Of a stretch of 33,363 nucleotides of DNA, positions 26,410 through 33,363 are shown piece after piece. The DNA comes from an uncultured Campylobacterales bacterium (lineage in GTDB: Bacteria; Campylobacterota_A; Desulfurellia; JAADFJ01). The notes below the pieces were generated by a model that saw only the letters and a list, made by a program, of their open reading frames with translations, did not search any database and had not been told where the DNA came from. The DNA is taken from positions 1 to 33,363 of the forward strand of contig CAZAPZ010000003.1 of assembly GCA_964487285.1 (NCBI GenBank). The letters are read 5' to 3'. Both the position numbers and the translations under genes were made by a program. Numbering within the stretch: position 1 is the stretch's first letter; each line of letters starts with the position of its first letter.

Positions 26410-26463
26410 CATTGCTCCTTAAATATAACATACCTTCATTAAACCACTTGATTCATAAACAAG

Positions 26464-27000
26464 TTATTTTACAAGTGACATACCTATTTCAAATGCCTTC
26501 TTGTTGAGCTCTAAAAATTTGGGTGGGACTCTTCTTTCTATGCCTTTCATCAAACTATCTACCGATACAATATCTACTAATGCAGCAGTTATACCCAATG
26601 ATACAATATTGGCTGCTATACTGTTGCCAACAACATTCTTAGCTGTATCGACAATAGGAAATTCATATATTTTATATTTTTTTTTGTCCTCTTCAGGGAC
26701 TTTTACCATATTCACATCAACAACTATGATACTGCCGGGTTTGCTGCCGTCTTTGTACATATCGTATGTTCTCGAATGAACCGACATAAAATAATCAATA
26801 TCATTTGCATCTACATTATAGATAGGTTTATCACTTATAACTATATCGGCTTTTGTGGGTCCGCCTCTAACCTGAGATGTATATGTTGGAGTATATGCAG
26901 CATATTTATCATCAAAGTATATTGCCGATTCCGCAAGAATTGTTCCTGCGAGCATATTGCCCTGCCCACCTACGCCAGAAAATCTCAGCTCATATCGCAT
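26464..27000 (-). CDS. korC: 2-oxoglutarate:ferredoxin oxidoreductase subunit gamma
   Basis: Carries the RFSGVGGQGNMLAG motif. It is the last gene of a delta-alpha-beta-gamma cluster. Its ATG directly abuts the korB stop. Confidence 0.85.
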   Translation of the reverse strand: MRYELRFSGVGGQGNMLAGTILAESAIYFDDKYAAYTPTYTSQVRGGPTKADIVISDKPIYNVDANDIDYFMSVHSRTYDMYKDGSKPGSIIVVDVNMVKVPEEDKKKYKIYEFPIVDTAKNVVGNSIAANIVSLGITAALVDIVSVDSLMKGIERRVPPKFLELNKKAFEIGMSLVK

Positions 27001-27828
27001 CTATTTTCCCTCCTTGTGACTGACACGTTTTGACATACCGAAATAGCTATCCGTGTATTCTACGGCATCTTTCGATTCATAGAGAATACCCGTCACAAAC
27101 AGATCTTTTGTCTCTTCGGGAGTCATTCTGCCTGCCTTTCCTTTAGAAATCGTAATATCCTTTATATGGTTTACAAGCTTAACCGGATCACCGAATTTGT
27201 TACGCCTTCCCCACTGAATATGGCAATTTGACATGGCTTCAATTACACTAAATCCTTTGTGAAGCATAGCTTTTTTTATCATATTTCTAAGTAGTATCGG
27301 CTCTGCCACACTGCTTCTTGCTACAAATGTAGCTCCTGCACCAATAGTCAATTTTGCCAGATCAAAAGCAGGATCAACATTTCCATAAGGCATGGTTGCG
27401 GCTTTAGTCCCGAAAGGAGTTGTCGGTGAGTATTGACCTCCTGTCATTCCATAAATCCAGTTGTTTATAAGAATGAGTGTAATATCAATATTTCTTCTAC
27501 AAGCATGAATTAGATGATTGCCTCCTATAGCAGAAGAATCTCCGTCACCCGCAATAATGACCACATGTTTATCCGGATTTGACATCTTAAGTCCTGTGGC
27601 AAATGCAAATGCTCTGCCATGAAGCGTATGCAGGGTATTAAAGTCAACATAACCTGAAGCTCTGCTTGAACATCCAATGCCTGTTACCATACCCATATCA
27701 TCATTCTTCCAACCTATATCATCCACAGCATGAATAAAAGATTTTAAAACAATACCGTTACCACAGCCTGGACACCAATAATGAGGAAACTTATCCATCC
27801 TTAAATATTTTTCATATTCTACAGACAT
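27001..27828 (-). CDS. korB: 2-oxoglutarate:ferredoxin oxidoreductase subunit beta (TPP-binding)
   Basis: Carries WCPGCGNG and the TPP motif IIAGDGDSSAIGGNHL. Its start overlaps the korA stop as TAATG. Confidence 0.9.
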   Translation of the reverse strand: MSVEYEKYLRMDKFPHYWCPGCGNGIVLKSFIHAVDDIGWKNDDMGMVTGIGCSSRASGYVDFNTLHTLHGRAFAFATGLKMSNPDKHVVIIAGDGDSSAIGGNHLIHACRRNIDITLILINNWIYGMTGGQYSPTTPFGTKAATMPYGNVDPAFDLAKLTIGAGATFVARSSVAEPILLRNMIKKAMLHKGFSVIEAMSNCHIQWGRRNKFGDPVKLVNHIKDITISKGKAGRMTPEETKDLFVTGILYESKDAVEYTDSYFGMSKRVSHKEGK

Positions 27829-29021
27829 TATGCAACCTCCTTAATTTTAGATAGAATCTGTGATGGATGTATCGGAATTCCATTAGCCTGAAGCACGGTT
27901 GAAAGATCTGCGCTGCTTTTCGGATGTCTTGTATCAAATATCATTTTGCCGTTTCTAATTTCTGTAACTGCTCTGCCGCCCAGCATTATTCTTTCTATCT
28001 CATAAACTATCTGTCCTAAATTAACTTCCGTTACTATGATTTTTTTTGCAGTTGAAGCAACTTTCTGAAATGGGATTGAAGGAAACGGCCATATAGTTAT
28101 CGGTCTGAATAATCCAACTTTAATACCTGCCGCCCGCGCTTCATCAATAGCCGCCCTTGCATTGAATGCATTGCTTCCGTATGCAACAACAACGATTTCC
28201 GCATCGTCAAGTTTATAATTCTCATAAGTGCTGATTCTTTCCTGACGCTTAAGCACCTTATTAATCAGGCGTTCTTCTTCCGATTCCTGAAGCACAGGAT
28301 CAATACTTGGAAAACCTGTTTTATCATGATTTAATCCGGTCATATGAAATCTGTAACCGCTAAAATAGTCTGCCATAGGTGGAATATCACCAAATCGAGT
28401 ATCATACGGAAAATAATCTTCAGGTTTTACCGTAGGACGCCTGCGATTCACTATTGTTATATTCTTTTTATCGGGAAGCTCCACCTTTTGAGCAAGATGA
28501 GCAAGTATGGCATCTGTTAAAACATACACGGGCGTTCTCAATTCTTCGGCAATATTAAATGCCCGAACGGTTTCCGTATAACATTCATCTATTGATCCCG
28601 GGCAAAGAGCAACAACCGGATGATCGCCGTGAGTACCCCATCTAGCCTGCATTATATCAGCTTGGGAAATTCTTGTGGGAAGTCCTGTACTCGGTCCTCC
28701 TCTCATAACATTAACAACCACCAGAGGAACTTCCGCCATACATGCAAAACCAAGTCCTTCCTGCTTCAAAGATATGCCTGGTCCGGAACTTGCCGTTATT
28801 GCCTTTTGACCGCCTAGAGATCCTCCGATGGCACACTCTATGCTCGCTATTTCATCTTCCATCTGAAGAAACACACCGCCTAATTTCGGGAGCTTTTTTG
28901 CCATACCTTCAGCAATTTCCGATGATGGAGTTATCGGATATCCTGCAAAAAATCGGCATCCCGCATCAATTGCACCGTCCACAACCATTTCGTTGCCATT
29001 AGCAACAACAGTTCTGCTCAT
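27828..29021 (-). CDS. korA: 2-oxoglutarate:ferredoxin oxidoreductase subunit alpha
   Basis: Carries FAGYPITPSSEI and has the size (397 aa) of KorA/OorA. AGGAGA lies 5 nt upstream of ATG 29019-29021. Confidence 0.9.
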   Translation of the reverse strand: MSRTVVANGNEMVVDGAIDAGCRFFAGYPITPSSEIAEGMAKKLPKLGGVFLQMEDEIASIECAIGGSLGGQKAITASSGPGISLKQEGLGFACMAEVPLVVVNVMRGGPSTGLPTRISQADIMQARWGTHGDHPVVALCPGSIDECYTETVRAFNIAEELRTPVYVLTDAILAHLAQKVELPDKKNITIVNRRRPTVKPEDYFPYDTRFGDIPPMADYFSGYRFHMTGLNHDKTGFPSIDPVLQESEEERLINKVLKRQERISTYENYKLDDAEIVVVAYGSNAFNARAAIDEARAAGIKVGLFRPITIWPFPSIPFQKVASTAKKIIVTEVNLGQIVYEIERIMLGGRAVTEIRNGKMIFDTRHPKSSADLSTVLQANGIPIHPSQILSKIKEVA

Positions 29022-29030
29022 TAAATTCTC

Positions 29031-29309
29031 CTATTTTGATTTAGTAATTTCCTTACCTGTGCTGTCTTCAAAAGTAAGCTCAACTCCTATGTCAACAACG
29101 CGCATAGAAAAATCAGGACAGATATCCTCACATTTGCGACATCTTATGCAATCCTCGGGTCTTACAACTTTAACTACCGTCCCAAACCACACACTTGGAT
29201 TATTTATCATTTCAAGGACATTTTTAGGGCACACTTCAACACACAAAACGCAGCCCTTGCAAAGATAAAGGTCAACCCTTACAGGAGGCTTTTTCAACGC
29301 TTCACTCAT
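29031..29309 (-). CDS. korD: 2-oxoglutarate:ferredoxin oxidoreductase subunit delta (2x[4Fe-4S] ferredoxin)
   Basis: Has two CxxCxxCxxxCP motifs, CKGCVLCVEVCP and CIRCRKCEDICP. AGGAGA lies upstream of the start. Confidence 0.85.
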   Translation of the reverse strand: MSEALKKPPVRVDLYLCKGCVLCVEVCPKNVLEMINNPSVWFGTVVKVVRPEDCIRCRKCEDICPDFSMRVVDIGVELTFEDSTGKEITKSK

Positions 29310-29321
29310 GTAATTCTCCTA

Positions 29322-30599
29322 CTACATATTTTCAATTATTTTTTTGCCGTATTCAGAGCATTTGATTTCAGCGGCACCGTCCATCTGTCTTGCAAAATCA
29401 TAAGTCACGGTCTTGTTCATTATTGTTTTCACCATACCACTTTTTACAAGTTCCGCCGCTTCATGCCAGCCCATATAATCAAGCATCATAGAGCCTGATA
29501 ATATTAATGAACCAGGATTTACCTTGTCCATATTGGAATATTTCGGAGCCGTGCCATGGGTTGCTTCAAAAACGCCGACAACATCGCCGATGTTTGAGCC
29601 GGGTCCTATGCCAAGTCCGCCTACGAGAGAAACGGCTGCATCCGATATATAATCTCCGTTGAGATTCGGTGTAATAATAATGTCATATTCTTGAGGACGC
29701 GTATGAATCTGCTGAAACATACTGTCTGCTATTCTATCTTTAATAATAATCTTGCCTTCGGGGACTTTTCCTGCATACTGCGAATAGAGTGCCTCTTCGG
29801 TAATACAAAAATCAGGATGTGCGGCAGCCGTTTCATAGCACCAGTCTTTGAAAGCGCCTTCCGTGTATTTCATAATATTTCCCTTATGCATTATGGTTAT
29901 ACTTTTTCTTCCATACATAGATGCATACCAGATAGCATGTTCCATTAGTCTTTTTGAAGCTGATTCGCTCATAGGTTTTATGCCTACTCCAGAATCAAAC
30001 GAGATCTTTCTATGCGTTTCATTTTCCATTTCATTGTTGAGGAAATCTATCAATTTTCTTGCGGCAGGTGTGCCCATTTTCCATTCTATACCTGCGTAAA
30101 CATCCTCGGTATTTTCTCTATAAATTACAACATCTATCTTCTGAGGTTCTTTCATAGGACTTGGAGCACCTTCGTAATATTTTACAGGTCTTATACAGGC
30201 GTAAAGATCAAGATTCTGTCTCAAATGAACATTTAAACTTCTAAAGCCGCCTCCGATCGGAGTTGTCAAGGGACCTTTTATTCCAACAATATAGTGACTA
30301 AATGCATCGAGAGTATCCTGTATCAGGTATTTGCCAAACTTATCAAAACATTTCTGCCCTGCGTAAACTTCATACCATGAAATCTTTCGTTTGCCATTAT
30401 ATGCTTTTTCAACGGCTGCTTCGATTACAGGTTTTGTTGCTTTCGTTATATCGGCGCCAACACCGTCTCCTTCAATGAAAGGAATAACCGGATTATCCGG
30501 AACCTTTATTTTTCTGAGACCTTCTGCAATAATTCTTTCTCCCTCTCTCGGAAGAGCTAATCTCTTTGGTTTGTAACTCTCCAATACTCCGTAAGCCAT
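29322..30599 (-). CDS. icd: NADP-dependent isocitrate dehydrogenase (homodimeric prokaryotic type)
   Basis: Carries IKGPLTTPIGGGFRSLNV, YRENTEDVYAG and PNLNGDYISDA. The track start is GTG 30600-30602. ATG 30597-30599 has GGAGG (30605-30609) 5 nt upstream and is preferred. Confidence 0.9.
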   Translation of the reverse strand: MAYGVLESYKPKRLALPREGERIIAEGLRKIKVPDNPVIPFIEGDGVGADITKATKPVIEAAVEKAYNGKRKISWYEVYAGQKCFDKFGKYLIQDTLDAFSHYIVGIKGPLTTPIGGGFRSLNVHLRQNLDLYACIRPVKYYEGAPSPMKEPQKIDVVIYRENTEDVYAGIEWKMGTPAARKLIDFLNNEMENETHRKISFDSGVGIKPMSESASKRLMEHAIWYASMYGRKSITIMHKGNIMKYTEGAFKDWCYETAAAHPDFCITEEALYSQYAGKVPEGKIIIKDRIADSMFQQIHTRPQEYDIIITPNLNGDYISDAAVSLVGGLGIGPGSNIGDVVGVFEATHGTAPKYSNMDKVNPGSLILSGSMMLDYMGWHEAAELVKSGMVKTIMNKTVTYDFARQMDGAAEIKCSEYGKKIIENM

Positions 30600-30644
30600 C
30601 ACAACCTCCTAATACAAGTAAATTGTATCTATAACATTTTAACT

Positions 30645-30673
30645 ATTTTAACTTTTCTGTTCCGTATTGTCAA
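30645..30673 (-). promoter_or_regulatory. sigma70-like promoter of the icd-korDABC unit
   Basis: On the minus strand there is a perfect -35 TTGACA (30668-30673), a 17-nt spacer and the -10 TAAAAT (30645-30650). The -10 lies in the second copy of a perfect tandem 9-mer, ATTTTAACT x2 (30636-30653). Confidence 0.5.
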
Positions 30674-30774
30674 GAAAAACTTTAATAATTTTAACGTCGT
30701 CTTTCATAGAATGCTGCAAAGCAATTCTATCGCAAATAAGCTTGATACATAAAGAAACGACACCTGCTTTATTA

Positions 30775-30803
30775 TTGACTTATCACCCATTATACTGTAA
30801 TTT
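30775..30803 (+). promoter_or_regulatory. candidate promoter of the TPR-lipoprotein/dedA unit, positioned for a leaderless or near-leaderless transcript
   Basis: The -35 is TTGACT (30775-30780), followed by a 17-nt spacer and the -10 TAATTT (30798-30803) preceded by TG. ATG 30811 follows 7 nt later, with no SD. Confidence 0.3.
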
Positions 30804-30810
30804 ACAAGCT

Positions 30811-32472
30811 ATGCTAAGATATAAAGTTTTACTGATTATCTTTTTGTTATTGTCTGTTGCAGGGTGCAGCAGAAACCGAACCACTCATGCCATTAACGTG
30901 CCCAATCAATATGCTCCATATATGAAATCGTTGCTTTACCTCAACAACGGAAAAATAGATTTAGCTATTAAGGAAGCAATAAAAAGTGCCCAAATAGCAC
31001 GCACGCCTGATATACTTATCTATATTGCAAGGCTCAAAGCATATAAAAACAAATTTGCCGCAGCAAACATTGCGCAATTCGTTTACAAGAGAAATCCCTT
31101 GAATAAGAAAGTTGTTGATTTCATATTAAGCAGCGGTCTGCCTATTGGCAGCCGTGAAAAGATTGCCATAGCTAATAAATTTCTGCGCCATTCACCGGAC
31201 GACAATGCTGTAAGAATAGAGCTTTCTAAAATTTATATCTCAAAGGGCATGTATAACAAAGCATTGTTAACACTCCTTAAAGCTGACGGCGCAAACCCCA
31301 AAATAATGCTGCAGAAAGGCATCGCATATCTCAAACTCGGCTTTAATAGAAAAGGCAAAACCCTGCTTGAGAAAGTGTATAAGCTGCGACCGGCAAATAT
31401 AAATTTGGGGTTATTTCTCGCAACACTTAATGAACGGCGAGGCGATCTTAAAAAAGCGATACAACTATATAAAAGCGTTGTGAAATATGCTCCTGCAGCA
31501 TATTCTATTTATTATAAAATTGCGGAAGATTTAGAAAAAATCGGTAAAAACAAAGAAGCACTTACTTTCTATAAAAAAGTTATATTTAATAATTCCCGCA
31601 TGAAAAACGAGGCGCTATTGTCATCGGGCATGATATATTTTAAAATGCGGAACTTCGCTTATTCCGAAGAATATTTATCAAACTATTTAAAAGCAAATAA
31701 AAGTGACTATGGAGCGGTTTATTATCTTGCTCTGTCTAAAATAGGTTTAGGCAAGTTAAAATCCGCATACCGGCTCCTTCAAACTATTAATGCCGGAACT
31801 AATTTTTACATTCCGGCAATTGCAAGCATGGCCGATATATACAATCGCTTAGATATGCACAGGAAAAGTCTTGCCTTGATTGATAAAGCGCTGATGCTAA
31901 AGTCTAATAACATTGGACTTATGATGCTAAAAGCACATTCGCTAACATTAATTAAAAATTACAAACAGAGCCTATCGGAATACGGCAAAATACTCAAAAT
32001 TACAAGAAATAGTGAGAGTGGATATAATGTATATGTAGCTATGGCCGATATCAAACTAAATCATACCGATAACCTTAATGGCGCAATTGGCGACTTGAAA
32101 AAAGCAATCTCAATTTTCCCCAATGACAGTGAAGCTATGAACTATTTAGGATATGTCTATATTGATAAAAATATCGATATATCCAAGGGCATCGAACTAA
32201 TAAAAAAAGCCTTGAAGATAAATCCGGCAAATTTATATTTTCAAGACAGCTTAGGGTGGGGATACTACAAACTCCATAAATACAAAAAAGCGCTTTTCTT
32301 TTTAAAAAAAGCAGGCAGAAGCGGTGATCCAACCATATTAAAACACCTTGGAATTGTGTACGAAAGGCTGAAAGAATATAAACTTGCCAAAAGCTCTTTG
32401 ACCAAATCCTTCAAACAAAAAAACGATAATGAAGTGTACAAGCTGCTGATAAAACTCGAACAGCCTAAATGA
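30811..32472 (+). CDS. TPR-repeat lipoprotein
   Basis: ATG 30811 gives MLRYKVLLIIFLLLSVAGC, a classic lipoprotein signal with lipobox VAGC. The rest consists of TPR-like helical repeats. The track start (TTG 30667) adds 48 residues with no signal-peptide logic and would run through the divergent icd promoter. Confidence 0.7.
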   Translation: MLRYKVLLIIFLLLSVAGCSRNRTTHAINVPNQYAPYMKSLLYLNNGKIDLAIKEAIKSAQIARTPDILIYIARLKAYKNKFAAANIAQFVYKRNPLNKKVVDFILSSGLPIGSREKIAIANKFLRHSPDDNAVRIELSKIYISKGMYNKALLTLLKADGANPKIMLQKGIAYLKLGFNRKGKTLLEKVYKLRPANINLGLFLATLNERRGDLKKAIQLYKSVVKYAPAAYSIYYKIAEDLEKIGKNKEALTFYKKVIFNNSRMKNEALLSSGMIYFKMRNFAYSEEYLSNYLKANKSDYGAVYYLALSKIGLGKLKSAYRLLQTINAGTNFYIPAIASMADIYNRLDMHRKSLALIDKALMLKSNNIGLMMLKAHSLTLIKNYKQSLSEYGKILKITRNSESGYNVYVAMADIKLNHTDNLNGAIGDLKKAISIFPNDSEAMNYLGYVYIDKNIDISKGIELIKKALKINPANLYFQDSLGWGYYKLHKYKKALFFLKKAGRSGDPTILKHLGIVYERLKEYKLAKSSLTKSFKQKNDNEVYKLLIKLEQPK

Positions 32473-33065
32473 GCGGATTAATCGACTCTGTAGTAGGATT
32501 TTTTTTCCATTTTGGGTATATCGGCATATTTGTAATGATGTTTTTGGAAAGCAGCTTTATACCATTCCCAAGTGAGATCGTTATGCCTCCTGCCGGATTT
32601 TTATCGGCAACCGGAAAACTCAACCTTGAACTTGTAATAACTATGGGAGTAGCCGGTTCAGTTGCCGGAGCAATGTTAAATTATATAATTGCCTTAAGGC
32701 TCGGAAGACCATTTCTTGTGAAATACGGACATTATGTTGGCTTTAAGCTAAAACATCTGAAAAAATCCGAACAATTTTTTGAAAGATACGGCAGCATTGG
32801 AACATTTGCAGGAAGGCTTTTGCCTGTGATAAGGCAATATGTATCAATACCCGCCGGCATATCCAGAATGTCAATTGTGAAATTTATTATAGCAACAGCT
32901 CTTGGATCAGCCATATGGGTGGGTTTTCTCTCAATCTTGGGATATGAAGTAGGGGCAAATTGGGGAATTGTTGTCAACAATTTACATAGAATATCAATTA
33001 TTGCAACCTCACTGCTTATCTTAGCAGTAGCGGCATTCTTTTTCACAAAAGCGAGAAAAAAATGA
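32469..33065 (+). CDS. dedA: DedA-family inner membrane protein
   Basis: Carries FLESSFIPFPSE, GRLLPVIRQYVSIPAG and multiple TM segments. ATG 32469-32471 overlaps the TPR gene stop as ATGA. Confidence 0.85.
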   Translation: MSGLIDSVVGFFFHFGYIGIFVMMFLESSFIPFPSEIVMPPAGFLSATGKLNLELVITMGVAGSVAGAMLNYIIALRLGRPFLVKYGHYVGFKLKHLKKSEQFFERYGSIGTFAGRLLPVIRQYVSIPAGISRMSIVKFIIATALGSAIWVGFLSILGYEVGANWGIVVNNLHRISIIATSLLILAVAAFFFTKARKK

Positions 33066-33112
33066 TTTCCCGCAACAACCTAAGAATATAAATTGTAACC
33101 GGACTTTGAAAA

Positions 33113-33189
33113 TGGTGCGCCTGAGGGGATTCGAACCCTTTACCTTCAGATCCGGAGTCTGACGCTCTATCCAGATGAGCTACAGGCGC
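33113..33189 (-). tRNA. tRNA-Arg (anticodon CCG), CCA encoded
   Basis: The reverse complement folds as a 77-nt cloverleaf: acceptor GCGCCTG/CAGGCGC, D arm GCTC-ATCTGGATA-GAGC, anticodon arm TCAGA-CTCCGGA-TCTGA with CCG at positions 34-36 and G37. The variable loop is 5 nt, the T arm is AAGGG-TTCGAAT-CCCCT with one A.C mismatch, and the 3-prime end is ACCA. Confidence 0.9.
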
Positions 33190-33363
33190 TAAATTAACTA
33201 TTAGATCACTGATTGAAACTGCCGGACAGCAAGTACAATGAAACTACTGCACAATAAGCACATTCACAGCGATATCTGCCTTTCTATAGACAAGGCAAAT
33301 TCCGCAGAACTATCTGGATAATTCAAGGAAGTAAAACATAAGCATATGGGAAAGCAGCTATCG

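Noticed and set aside
26677-26685. The T9 (A9 coding) run inside korC, considered as a phase-variation switch.
   Set aside because: It encodes KKK in a surface-type segment of an essential-looking operon gene. Such runs are expected in this AT-rich genome. It serves instead as a caveat for the A10 finding.
30636-30695. ATTTTAAC occurs three times (a tandem 9-mer at 30636-30653 and a third copy at 30688-30695), considered as regulator binding repeats.
   Set aside because: The second tandem copy is explained as the -10 (TAAAAT) of a near-consensus icd promoter. The motif is a low-information AT-rich 8-mer in an AT-rich intergenic region. It is noted in the promoter feature only.
33190-33363. 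A mobile element or genomic island inserted at the tRNA-Arg gene.
   Set aside because: No integrase, transposase, inverted repeats or duplicated tRNA 3-prime segment is visible within the window. This cannot be evaluated beyond the edge.

Overview
This is a visibly AT-rich bacterial chromosomal window made up almost entirely of housekeeping genes. I count 28 protein-coding genes and one tRNA.

Gene layout:
- Positions 234-23114 form one co-directional minus-strand array with very short or overlapping junctions: pfkA, ribF, ispH, a tyrA::cmk fusion, a Thermotoga-type DAHP synthase, hisC, pheA, accA, cimA/leuA-family synthase, lysC, ftsK, rnj, rsmA(ksgA), pdxA, a small S4-domain protein, a SurA-like chaperone, mfd and an M18 aminopeptidase.
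- Next comes a plus-strand Cache-GGDEF diguanylate cyclase, then a 0.53-kb gene-poor gap holding one 81-codon orphan ORF.
- On the minus strand follow moeA and icd-korDABC (oorDABC order).
- On the plus strand follow a TPR lipoprotein overlapping a DedA-family membrane protein, and then a minus-strand tRNA-Arg(CCG).

I see no CRISPR array, transposase, integrase, phage gene, toxin-antitoxin pair or recognisable defence gene. I do not find a convincing novel multi-gene system, and I judge the region to be core genome.

The items most worth a second look:
1. The in-frame prephenate dehydrogenase-cytidylate kinase fusion, whose domain seam is an A10 homopolymer.
2. The orphan basic ORF that looks like the TRAM-containing C-terminus of a methylthiotransferase.
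3. Promoter geometry implying leaderless mRNAs for both plus-strand transcription units.
4. A GC-rich hairpin and a 130-nt unexplained spacer inside the otherwise tightly packed array.

Several starts in the ORF track are TTG or GTG longest-ORF starts. I moved them where a Shine-Dalgarno sequence, a family-typical N-terminus or a signal peptide supports another start. All homology calls come from motif recognition by eye. No searches were run.
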